Below the pieces are notes generated by a model, which was not told the origin of the DNA, made no database searches, and saw only the letters and a program-made list of their open reading frames with translations. Source: Chloroflexota bacterium (GTDB lineage Bacteria; Chloroflexota; Anaerolineae; Anaerolineales; E44-bin32). From it: DNA of 64,000 nucleotides. This document shows, piece by piece, positions 18,013 through 27,500 of this stretch; position 1 is the stretch's first letter, and each line of letters begins with the position of its first letter. The translations under genes and the position numbers were made by a program. Where the stretch lies: assembly GCA_022561385.1 (NCBI GenBank), contig JADFRG010000004.1, positions 18,822 to 82,821 of the forward strand. The letters are read 5' to 3'.

Positions 18013-19125
18013 TCAGCGAACGGTAAAGTAGCTGAAGTGGTACTGGATCTTGCCCTCTCTCAGACCCAGCGTGTCGTTTCCGTCAATCACCTGCCCGCGA
18101 GAACTCTGCGCCGTCCAAGTGTAATGTCGAGTCGACCCCGAGCCGGCCTTCCCGGTGATTTCGAAACTTGCCTCAGGCAGGATTTCTCGGAATAACCTTC
18201 CGTACCAGTTCGCGATTGCCTCACGCGAAAAGATCGTTCGCTCTCCTGTAACGTGTGCCGCGTTTTCGGCATACAATCCGGCCACCAGTTTTCGATCGTG
18301 CTGGTTCAATCGGCCCACCAATCGCTCGGGCATGTCGACCACAGGGGCATCCGGTGGATCGGAGGGCCAGTCAAAATCCGCTACCGCGCTCCAAAGGTCA
18401 TTGTACGCGGGCCGCGACCCCACATCCCAGCTCCAAGCATTTGCGGCACTTAACCCCATCTCTTTTGCTTTGGCGAAGAAGCGCGAAGTTTCATCTGCGG
18501 ACGGGCGCCAATTTCCCCTTCCATAGATGGGAGCCGTGGGGATGATTGGCCGCGCCGGATTGAGGGCCATATATTGCTCAACACAAATCTCCAGCTGAGT
18601 TTCAGGATTATGTCTTTGCTCGTAGTAGACCTGTGGCATAGCGTAATCACAAGCGGAAAGAAACTCCGAGTACGGAAGGGTCCGATGAAGTTTCGGAAAG
18701 CGGTAGGTGCTTAGTGCGATGGGCAGGTCAGGCAACGCCGCCCGGAGCTCTTTCATATATCGGGTGGCGGCGGTGCGCTTGCTGGTCGACTGATATTCGG
18801 CTTCGGCATCGATCACGAATCCATCCATCCCGAGCGCTTTCGTTCGCTGGATGGCCAGGCGCGCCTCTCCAATCGGATTTCGCCCGCGCACATACTGCCA
18901 GCCCCAGACCTCGATCCCCTCTTCCTTCAGGGCTTGACGCACGGGCGGAATGAGATCCACTTTCGTCTTGGGGTCCAGGTTGTAAGTCCAACGGTCCCCA
19001 TCCGCGATCTTGATGAGAACGTGCGATAGCCCGGCCGCCTTGGCCTTAGCCGCGATGACCTCCGGGTCACCCCCCTCGCATTTCCAGAGCTGCCAAATGA
19101 AGAGCCCCTTACCGCGTAATTTCAC
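18013..19125 (-). CDS. Glycoside-hydrolase-like TIM barrel (GH25-like DxE) fused to SnoaL/NTF2-like domain
   Basis: VLIKIADG, WGWQY, FVIDAE, MPQVY; C-terminus LN-x-HD..LYAENA..REAIANWY..GKIQYH. Confidence 0.6.
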   Translation of the reverse strand: MKLRGKGLFIWQLWKCEGGDPEVIAAKAKAAGLSHVLIKIADGDRWTYNLDPKTKVDLIPPVRQALKEEGIEVWGWQYVRGRNPIGEARLAIQRTKALGMDGFVIDAEAEYQSTSKRTAATRYMKELRAALPDLPIALSTYRFPKLHRTLPYSEFLSACDYAMPQVYYEQRHNPETQLEICVEQYMALNPARPIIPTAPIYGRGNWRPSADETSRFFAKAKEMGLSAANAWSWDVGSRPAYNDLWSAVADFDWPSDPPDAPVVDMPERLVGRLNQHDRKLVAGLYAENAAHVTGERTIFSREAIANWYGRLFREILPEASFEITGKAGSGSTRHYTWTAQSSRGQVIDGNDTLGLREGKIQYHFSYFTVR

Positions 19126-20288
19126 TCCGCATCCTCCAGCGGGCGCTGACGCATACTCCCCGCGCGCCGCAACGCGCGGCGTCCATATTTCTCGCGAATT
19201 CTATCTACTGCTCTTAACAATTTGTGATCCTGCTCCCAGCTTCGGTCGAACAGCTCAAGCTGGCGCATTGGGGGACCCAAATCTGCAAGTCCAATTCCCA
19301 GCAGCCTTACCGCCTTTCCGGGCCTCCAGTTGTCGATGAATAACTTGAGAGCCGCGGCATAAATTTCTCCATCCTGATCGGTGGGTTGACTCAGGCGCAC
19401 TTGCCTGGTGAAGGTCGAAAAATCCGGCCATCGCAGCTTGACCCGCACCGTAGATCCTGCAACGCCGGCTTTTCTCACCCTGGTTCCCACCCGCTCGCTC
19501 AGGTGGAGCAGGTGCCGGCGCAGCTCCTGTATGGAATCTACGTCCTTTGGGAAAGTTCGTTCGGCCGACACCGAACGCCGATCATGCAGCTCTTCGACCG
19601 GTCGGCCGTCCAACCCTTTGGCCCTGGATGCAAGATCTATGCCTCGCGCGCCAAAAAGTTGAGAAAGCCTGGCCTCTGACATCCGCGCTAGATCCGCGAT
19701 CGTCCGAATTCCATAAGCTGCAAATCGTTTGGAGGTCTTGGGCCCCACGCCCCATATCATGCTTACTGGGAGCGGGGCCAGAAATGCCGCTTCCTGGCCG
19801 GGAGGGACAACGAGCAATCCGTTGGGCTTGCCAACTTCAGTGGCAATCTTTGCCACCAGTTTGTTCGTTGCAACTCCCCAGGAGGTCGGCAGCCTGAAGC
19901 GTTCCATAATTTCCGCCTGCATCTCCGAGGCGGCCGGCTTCCCACCCCGGGGATCATCGCTTACGTCCAGGAACGCTTCATCAATCGACATCTGCTGCAT
20001 CGCCGGAACCGCGCCCCGTAGAAATGCCATAACCTCACTCGAATACTCCGAGTAATCTCCATGGCTGGAGCTGACGATGATCAAATCTGGGTGTAACCTG
20101 AGGGCACGCGACACGGGCATGGCGGATCGGATGCCGAACTTGCGAGCCGGATAGGAGGCGGATGTGACCACCCCGCGCCCCTCCGGACTTCCCCCCACCA
20201 CAAATGCCTTTCCGCGCAGATCGGGATTGCGAAGCTCCTCGACCGAACAAAAGAAGGCGTCCAGGTCAACGTGAAGTATTTGTCTCAC
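19122..20288 (-). CDS. dinB: DNA polymerase IV
   Basis: HVDLDAFFCSVE, SASYPARKFGIRSAMP, SIDEAFLD, NKLVAKIA; clamp-like motif QLELF. Confidence 0.95.
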   Translation of the reverse strand: MRQILHVDLDAFFCSVEELRNPDLRGKAFVVGGSPEGRGVVTSASYPARKFGIRSAMPVSRALRLHPDLIIVSSSHGDYSEYSSEVMAFLRGAVPAMQQMSIDEAFLDVSDDPRGGKPAASEMQAEIMERFRLPTSWGVATNKLVAKIATEVGKPNGLLVVPPGQEAAFLAPLPVSMIWGVGPKTSKRFAAYGIRTIADLARMSEARLSQLFGARGIDLASRAKGLDGRPVEELHDRRSVSAERTFPKDVDSIQELRRHLLHLSERVGTRVRKAGVAGSTVRVKLRWPDFSTFTRQVRLSQPTDQDGEIYAAALKLFIDNWRPGKAVRLLGIGLADLGPPMRQLELFDRSWEQDHKLLRAVDRIREKYGRRALRRAGSMRQRPLEDAE

Positions 20289-20425
20289 TTCTTACAGGGG
20301 TCTCTGGATAGAACGGTAACGTCTGCAGTAAGATAATGCTCTCTTCGAGCGTCAGCGGGCACTGAGAGCATCGGACAGCACCGCGGAGCATCGGAGAGCT
20401 TCGAAAGGAGGTCGGTAGAGCAACA

Positions 20426-20644
20426 ATGGAAACACGACAAGAAGCCGCTTTGTCAAGACTAGAAGCTAACCCCAGAGTAGGCAGGATCCGGCTGATTGTG
20501 TCCGCTGATGCGTGTCCGGCATGTCGGGGGCAGGAAGGCGAATACAACAAGGGCCAGGTGCCGGAGCTTCCGACGCGAGGCTGCTCCCACGCCTTAAAAT
20601 GCCGCTGCTTTTACGAGCCCTCCCTGACAGAGATTTTCCCTTAG
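20426..20644 (+). CDS. Small Cys/His-rich hypothetical protein (putative zinc-binding)
   Basis: DACPAC...LP..GCSHALKCRCFY; AAAGGAGGT upstream; fills the gap between dinB and the nucleotidyltransferase. Confidence 0.65.
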   Translation: METRQEAALSRLEANPRVGRIRLIVSADACPACRGQEGEYNKGQVPELPTRGCSHALKCRCFYEPSLTEIFP

Positions 20645-22024
20645 TCAACTAAATGTAATCAGCCGATTCCGCGCGAACTCGAGCGCCTCTTTTTCGGATT
20701 CTATGCTCCCCTCCACCTGTTGTTCCGCGATGGCGGCCAGCAATTCCCCGATGAGCGGTCCCGGCCTCAGGTCGAGCGCAGCCGCCAGTTCGTCGCCGCG
20801 CAAAAGCCGGGGAGGGTCCACAATACGCTCATAACTCTCGAACCAGGCCTCCAGCAGTTTTCGAGCCACGCTAATTTTCAGCTCCCATATTTCTTGTGGC
20901 GGCGACTGAGCGAACGAGATCGCCAGATAAAGCAGAATCGCCTCGACTCCGGGAGACTCGCTCTCGCGGAAGTAGCGGTGGGCTCCCAGGTCGGTCATGT
21001 CGCCTTCCAATTCAGCCACTCGGGGGCGGTGGCGCATGATGGAGCGGGCTCGAGCGGCTTCTGCCTCACTGAAGCGAAGTGCACGGGCGCGCGTGTACAC
21101 CGTACCTTCCATATCTTCCACTGCGGAAAACAACGCGACCAGATATAGGATGTGGCTCGCACGGTGACCTCCACGGACGGTAGAGGCGAGGTGCTCTCCC
21201 AGGACCGCTCGAAAGCGGCCGAGACGCAGTGTCAATTCGGCCATGGGGAGATTTCCGGCCTTTTCAGGCTCAAAGTCGCCGGCCGCAGCGCCCAGAAGAT
21301 CGGTGAGTTTGTCCACAATTCTCAGAGTTTGATCCCATTCTTTGGGACTGAGCTCAGCTTGCTCCGGTAGGACGGCCGGAAGCAGCTCCAACCTCCGCAT
21401 GAGTCGCATGGCGGTCACTACCCACTCAGACTCGAACATTCCCGATAGTTCGTCTCGCCTGCGTTCGGCGGCACATCTGGATAAAGCCGCCGCCGATTGG
21501 CGAACCTGCGCCTGGGTCCCCTTCTCGATCCGCAACCTCATGCTCGACGAGAGACGGACCGCCCGCATCGACCGGATTGGGTCCCGCTCGATCGAATCGG
21601 GTGCACACGCGCGCAGCAGGCGGTCCTTGAGGTCCTGAAGTCCGCCCAGGGGGTCAATCAGCCGCTCTGGATGCTTCAACTCGATAGCGAGCGCGTTCAT
21701 CGTGAAATCTCTGAGTTTGAGATCCGCCTCTATGGTCGGGGCTCTGAGCCGGGCGATATCGAGCGTTCTGTGGCCGGAAAGCATCACGCGCCCGGCATCT
21801 CGCTGCTGGTCCAGAACGTAACAGGGCACCTGGAGCGCGTCGGCCAATCCACGCGTCAAAGAAATGGCCTGCTGCTCCACGGCGAAATCGAGATCCGGTT
21901 GCTTTAGGTCGAGAAAATGGTCGCGCAGCGCGCCCCCGACAAGCCAGACCCGCTGACCGTGGGATTGCGACTGAATGAGCGCGGCCAGGTCCGACGGCAG
22001 GAGGCGTTCAAGAAGCGTCGTCAA
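20645..22024 (-). CDS. Class II tRNA nucleotidyltransferase (CCA/poly(A) polymerase family), probably CC-adding
   Basis: WLVGGALRD..DLDF, LRDFTMNALA, DPLGGLQDL, DPIR; TTG start overlapping the end of hpt. Confidence 0.85.
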   Translation of the reverse strand: MTTLLERLLPSDLAALIQSQSHGQRVWLVGGALRDHFLDLKQPDLDFAVEQQAISLTRGLADALQVPCYVLDQQRDAGRVMLSGHRTLDIARLRAPTIEADLKLRDFTMNALAIELKHPERLIDPLGGLQDLKDRLLRACAPDSIERDPIRSMRAVRLSSSMRLRIEKGTQAQVRQSAAALSRCAAERRRDELSGMFESEWVVTAMRLMRRLELLPAVLPEQAELSPKEWDQTLRIVDKLTDLLGAAAGDFEPEKAGNLPMAELTLRLGRFRAVLGEHLASTVRGGHRASHILYLVALFSAVEDMEGTVYTRARALRFSEAEAARARSIMRHRPRVAELEGDMTDLGAHRYFRESESPGVEAILLYLAISFAQSPPQEIWELKISVARKLLEAWFESYERIVDPPRLLRGDELAAALDLRPGPLIGELLAAIAEQQVEGSIESEKEALEFARNRLITFS

Positions 22025-22574
22025 GCTCGGGGACTTCGTCTTGGCGAACGACGCCGATGAAAGGGAGGTTGCGGTAGTACTCATCGAGATCCAGGCCATA
22101 ACCAAAAACGTATTTGTTCGGAATCTTGAAGCCGCGGTAATCAATGGGGACCTCGGATTCCCTTCGTTCAGGTTTATCCAGAAGCGTGCAAATTTTCAAT
22201 GATTTCGGTCGGCGCAAATTGAGCAGTTCCAGGACGGAGGCAATGGTATTGCCGCTGTCGATGATGTCCTCCACCAGGAGCACGTTCCGCCCGCCGATGG
22301 ACATGGTGAGATCAAGCGTAATGCGCACCTGGTTCGTCGATTGGCGTGCGCCCGCGCCGTACGAAGATACCGCCATGAAGTCGATACTGTGGGGGACCGT
22401 GAGCTCGCGCATAAGATCCGATAAAAAAAGCACTCCCCCGCGCAGTATGCAGATCAGCAGCAGGTCCTGACCCTCATAGTCGGCGCTGATCTCCTGCCCC
22501 AGTTCGCGGACCCGGCGCTGTAGCTGTTCCTCGGTGATGAGGATCTCCTCCAAGTGTTCTTGATAGCCGCTCAT
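22008..22574 (-). CDS. hpt: Hypoxanthine phosphoribosyltransferase
   Basis: [29 protein letters not shown] and [16 protein letters not shown]. Confidence 0.95.
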   Translation of the reverse strand: MSGYQEHLEEILITEEQLQRRVRELGQEISADYEGQDLLLICILRGGVLFLSDLMRELTVPHSIDFMAVSSYGAGARQSTNQVRITLDLTMSIGGRNVLLVEDIIDSGNTIASVLELLNLRRPKSLKICTLLDKPERRESEVPIDYRGFKIPNKYVFGYGLDLDEYYRNLPFIGVVRQDEVPELDDAS

Positions 22575-23131
22575 TCGGGCACCTGATGATGCTCCCGACA
22601 CCGGGCCTCATACAACTCGCTCGCACCGACCGCAATGACTGGGTCCGAGGCGCGCGCAGGAGCATTGTCGATCAGACGTTGAGTCCGAGTGGCCGGCTTT
22701 CCGCATACCATACATATGGCATGCAGCTTGTCGACCCGCTCCGCGGTCGCCATAAGCCAGGGCATCGAGCCGAAGGGATTACCTCGAAAATCCGTGTCTA
22801 GCCCGGCCACGATGACTCGCCGGCCTTCATCCGCCATATCTCTACACACCTTCAAGATCATTTCGTCAAAGAACTGGGCCTCGTCAATCGCAACCACAGT
22901 GGTATCTCCCGCCACCGCGTGGGGGATGGCCTCCGCGGTCTCAATTGAAGTGGCTTCGAACTGACCTCCGGCGTGGGAAGTGACCATCTCGGAAGGATCG
23001 CGATCGTCCACGGACGGCTTAAAGACCTGCACCTTTTGACGTGCGATCGTGGCGCGCCTGAGCCGGCGGATCAACTCTTCCGTCTTCCCGCTGAACATCG
23101 AACCGGTGATAACTTCCAATGATCCAGTCAA
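22571..23131 (-). CDS. tdk: Thymidine kinase
   Basis: [28 protein letters not shown] and YEARCREH. Confidence 0.95.
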   Translation of the reverse strand: MTGSLEVITGSMFSGKTEELIRRLRRATIARQKVQVFKPSVDDRDPSEMVTSHAGGQFEATSIETAEAIPHAVAGDTTVVAIDEAQFFDEMILKVCRDMADEGRRVIVAGLDTDFRGNPFGSMPWLMATAERVDKLHAICMVCGKPATRTQRLIDNAPARASDPVIAVGASELYEARCREHHQVPE

Positions 23132-23151
23132 GCTTCAATCCCTCCGATACG

Positions 23152-23180
23152 AAAAAGGCAGGTGCCTGAGCACCTGCCTT
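23152..23180 (-). terminator. Intrinsic terminator after rpmE
   Basis: AAGGCAGGTGC-CTGA-GCACCTGCCTT perfect 11-bp inverted repeat with T5 on the minus strand. Confidence 0.8.
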
Positions 23181-23203
23181 GAGTTTACTTCAAACGTGCA
23201 GCG

Positions 23204-23677
23204 CTAGATCTGAGGCTCTCCGGCAGGCTCCGGTAACTCAAAACCGCGCGATTTCATTCGGCGCTTGAGATCCGCCAGGCCCTTGCGGCCGAAATTTTCG
23301 ATTGCCAGGAGCGCGGCGTCCCCCTGCCGCATCAGCTCCAAGGCCTGGCCTACATCTTTGATACCCGCCTTGTCGAGCGCGGTCCGGGCGCGATTGCCGA
23401 TGTCGAGATCCGCAATGAGAGTGTCCGGAGAGGTCTTGGCCGCCTCACGGACCTGCACCTCCTGAATAAACCCTTCTCTGGCCTCGAGCTTGCGGTAGAA
23501 CCGATCGACTTGACCCTCGGTATCAACGATGCGCTGCTCACCGGTATAGAAGGGATGACAATCGGAACACACGTCGGTATGAATCCGCTCTACCGTCGAG
23601 CCCGTTGTCCACGAGTTTCCGCACGAACAGGTCACAATCGCCTCTAGGAAATACTCTGGGTGAATTCCTGGCTTCAT
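23204..23677 (-). CDS. rpmE: 50S ribosomal protein L31 with C-terminal RNA polymerase alpha-CTD-like domain
   Basis: [29 protein letters not shown] (Zn-type L31), then about 90 extra residues. Confidence 0.92.
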   Translation of the reverse strand: MKPGIHPEYFLEAIVTCSCGNSWTTGSTVERIHTDVCSDCHPFYTGEQRIVDTEGQVDRFYRKLEAREGFIQEVQVREAAKTSPDTLIADLDIGNRARTALDKAGIKDVGQALELMRQGDAALLAIENFGRKGLADLKRRMKSRGFELPEPAGEPQI

Positions 23678-23934
23678 GCGGTGCTCTCCAACACGTTGAC
23701 CCGCTTCTTGCCCCCCCGGACGTAGTCGAACATAACGATCCCATCGCGAGTGGCGAATAGTGTATCGTCCGACCCCTTTCCGACATTCAATCCGGGGTGG
23801 ATGCGCGTACCCCGTTGTCGGACCAGGATGTTTCCAGAACGAACTACCTGGCCCCCATAACGCTTCACTCCGAGTCGCTTCGACCGACTGTCTCGACCGT
23901 TGCGAGTTGAGCCGCCACCCTTTTTATGTGCCAT
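23674..23934 (-). CDS. rpmA: 50S ribosomal protein L27
   Basis: [31 protein letters not shown]. Confidence 0.98.
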   Translation of the reverse strand: MAHKKGGGSTRNGRDSRSKRLGVKRYGGQVVRSGNILVRQRGTRIHPGLNVGKGSDDTLFATRDGIVMFDYVRGGKKRVNVLESTA

Positions 23935-23945
23935 CTGCTGTTCCT

Positions 23946-24392
23946 TTAGTTCTTAGTGGGCGCCTTGGGTTTGGCGTCGCTTACCTTAGTCAAAGCCTTG
24001 CGCTTAGCGCTTGATTTCGTTGCGCTAGATTTGCTCTTGGCGGCAACCTTCTTCTTTGTCTCCGCTTCCGGAGCCTTCGGAAAACCGATGCTTTCAATCG
24101 CCACATGTGTGAGCAGCTGACGGTGTCCCTGTGTGCGCCTGTATCGCTGCTTGGGCCTGAATTTAAATACAATGATCTTCTTGCCCTTTGGGTGATCCTG
24201 CACCTTGCCCTTGACGCTGGCGCCCTTAACGAACGGCGCGCCCACATCCACCTTCTTCCCGTCCGAGACAAGCAGGACATCTTTGAATACAACGGGTTTG
24301 CCGATCTCGAGCGACATTCGGTCCATCTCAATGAGGCTGCCCTCATACGCCAGATATTGCTTCCCGCTGTATTCGACGATAGCGTATTTCAT
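23946..24392 (-). CDS. rplU: 50S ribosomal protein L21 with Lys/Ala-rich tail
   Basis: [30 protein letters not shown]. Confidence 0.95.
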   Translation of the reverse strand: MKYAIVEYSGKQYLAYEGSLIEMDRMSLEIGKPVVFKDVLLVSDGKKVDVGAPFVKGASVKGKVQDHPKGKKIIVFKFRPKQRYRRTQGHRQLLTHVAIESIGFPKAPEAETKKKVAAKSKSSATKSSAKRKALTKVSDAKPKAPTKN

Positions 24393-24421
24393 AGGGTATG
24401 GTTCATACCATGCGACGGAAC

Positions 24422-24451
24422 ATTATAAAGGGGGCCAAATCGCGATGTCAA
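24422..24451 (-). promoter_or_regulatory. sigma70 promoter of the rplU-rpmA-rpmE operon
   Basis: TTGACA-18 bp-TATAAT, perfect hexamers. Confidence 0.8.
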
Positions 24452-24547
24452 CCTCCTTGGACCTCGAACACTTCGTGCATCGAACAGGATCCCCAGGGGC
24501 CAGCGGCCTCCAAGGATCGTAGAATGCCTGGCCCAGGTGGCTGCCAG

Positions 24548-27500
24548 CTAGTCGGCGGCGACCATCTCCGCTTCCGGAACTTTCAGCGCGTCGGCGTCCT
24601 CATCGGGCTCCGGTTCGACCTCTTCTTTGGGTACGAATACCCCGTCCAGGCGTTCGTCATGTAACACGCGTTCTTCGCCGGGGAATCCGGTTCCGGCCGG
24701 AATCAACTTCCCGATGATCACGTTTTCTTTGAGCCCGCGCAGGTGATCCACCTTGCCTTCAATGGCGGCCCCGGCCAGCACTTTGATCGTGTGTTGGAAC
24801 GAGGAGGCCGACAAGAAGGATTCGGTGCTCAGGGAAGCCTTGGAGATTCCTAGCAAAATCTGAGTGGCGCGCGCCGGCGACTTCCCGTCCAGCAACAGCT
24901 GCTCATTTAAGCGCTGCAAGTACCGGCGATCGACAAGATCGCCAGGCAAGAGATCGGTATCTCCCGGATGCGAGATCTGAACCTTCGAGAGCATCTTGCG
25001 AATGATCACCTCGAAGTGTTTATCGTTAATGTTCTGTCCTTGGGATCGATAGACCTGCTGGACTTCCGTCAGCAAGTAGAGCTCACAAGCCTCTCGGCCC
25101 AAAATCATCAAGATGCGATGTGGATTTTGGGAGCCCTCAGTGAGTTGATCCCCGGCCTCCACCTTATCTCCGTGTTTTACGAACAGCCGGGCGCTCGCCG
25201 GTACGTCGTACTCCGCCTCATCCTTTTGTTCATAGGAGATAGTGACTAAGCGATCCTCGACCATGGCTTTTCCGCCGTGGAGAGCAGTGGTCTTCGAGTC
25301 GCCGCGGCTCGCAATGAGATCACCCGCTTCCACCTCATCGCCATCTTCTGTCTGAAGTGACCAGTTACCAGGGATCTTGTATTCGTCATGCAGCATCTGA
25401 CTGACTTCGACACGCACGACGCGCTGTCCATCCGGCGTGTCCGGAGCGAGGATCTGCACCGTGCCTTCAATTTCAGAGGTGATTGCCTCGCCTTTAGGCT
25501 TCTTGCGGGCTTCGAACAATTCTTCGACGCGGGGAAGACCGGTCGTGATATCCCCACCCGCCGCGACGCCGCCCGTGTGAAAAGTGCGCAACGTGAGCTG
25601 TGTTCCAGGCTCACCAATAGACTGAGCAGCGACGATTCCGACCGCCGCCCCCAGCTCCACCATCTTGCCCCGGCCCAGGTCCATGCCATAACATTCCGCA
25701 CACATCCCAAATTGCAATTCACAGGTCAGCGGGGAGCGAACCATAACTTCTTCCACTCCCGCCTCCTCGATCTGCTGAGCCGCCTCCGCGTCCAATACCT
25801 GTCGGCGAGGATAAAGAACCTCCCCGGTTTCGGGATCGGCAACCGCCTTCGCCAACACACGACCCAGCAATCGGGCCGAAAAGTCCTGACCCGCGACATC
25901 ATCCGAGGATCTCAGCACGATGCCTAGTTCAGTCCCACAATCTTCTGAATTGGTGATCACGTCCTGTGCGACATCTACCAGGCGACGCGTCAAGTAGCCT
26001 GCGTCCGCCGTGCGCAGGGCGGTATCCGTGAGGCCCTTGCGTGCGCCGTGGGTCGAGATGAAGTACTCGAGAGTGTTGAGCCCATCTCTGAAGTTGGATC
26101 GAATCGGAAGCGGGATGATCCGACCCGCGGGGTCGGCCATCAAGCCGCGCATTCCTGCCAGCTGCGAAATTGGACCAAATCCTCCCTTGGTCGCGCCGGA
26201 TACGGCCATGATACTCAGATTCCCGGCCGGATCCATCCCGGCCCGGACGGCGGCTGCCACCTCTGCCGTCGTGTTCTGCCAGAGCTCGATGACGCGCTCA
26301 TTCTGCTCTTGCTCGGTGAGCAACCCACGCTGATAGTCCGCTCGCACCAATTCGGCCGCCTCCAAAGTGCGCGCGATGATTTCACCCTTTTCTTTTGGTA
26401 CCGTGATATCCGACACAGCGATTGTGGTACCCGATTGGGTGGCGAACGAAAAACCTATGTCTTTGATCGCGTCTACCACTTCTGGCGTGCCATCCTCTCG
26501 CAGCTGTCGGTATATCTCGGCGACCAACGTTTGCATCGCTTCCTTGTCCAGCACATGGTTTACGAAGCGAAGCTCATCCGGAAGTACGCTATTAAAAAGC
26601 GCACGACCCACGGTGGTGTCGATCACGCGCTTGACCCCCTCCGCCAGGCGAGCTCCTTCGTCGTCATACCAGGAAACGATCTGGAGCTTAATCGGAGCGT
26701 GCAGATCGACATCGCCCAGGCTCCAAACCATCTCCACTTCTTCGATGCTGGAGAAGGCTCGGCCTTCGCCCTTGCGGCCCTTGCCTTCCACCTGCATCGT
26801 CAGGTAATACACGCCCAGGACCATGTCTTTGGACGGGCTCACAATCGGCGCTCCGTCCGCGGGCTTAAGCAGGTTTACGCTGGACAACATTAACTCGCGT
26901 GCCTCTGTAACCGCGCGTTCCGAGAGCGGCACGTGAACCGACATCTGGTCGCCATCAAAGTCCGCGTTGAATGCAGAAGTTACCAGCGGGTGCAGTTGAA
27001 TGGCCTTCCCTTCGACCAGTACGGGCTCGAAAGCCTGGATGCCCAGACGGTGCAGCGTCGGTGCCCGATTCAAGAGCACCGGCCGATCCTTGATAACTTC
27101 TTCCAGGACCTCCCAGACCTCCGGTCGCTCGCGCTCGATGATGCGCTTGGCGCCTTTGACATTTGCCGCGTAGTTATAGAGCACCAGCTTGGAGATGACG
27201 AACGGGCGATACAGCTCGAGGGCCATAGTCTTCGGAAGGCCACACTGGTGAAGCTTCAAGTTCGGCCCGATCACAATCACCGATCGACCGGAGTAATCCA
27301 CGCGCTTTCCCAGCAGATTTCGGCGGAAGCGGCCCTTCTTACCTTTCAACATGTCGCTGAGCGACTTCAGCTCGCGACGTCCCCGGCGCGATAACGCCTT
27401 GCCGCGCTGTGCATTATCGATCAGCGAGTCGACCGCTTCTTGGAGCATCCGTTTCTCGTTTCGGACGATAACATCCGGCGCACCAAGCTCGACCAGGCGC

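Noticed and set aside
20289-20335. LexA box upstream of dinB
   Set aside because: Only a half site (GAAC-GGTA-ACGT); no GTTC partner
20336-20425. In-frame ATG...TGA upstream of the Cys mini-protein, suggesting selenocysteine readthrough
   Set aside because: No redox motif around the TGA, no clear SECIS directly 3', and a strong SD precedes ATG 20426
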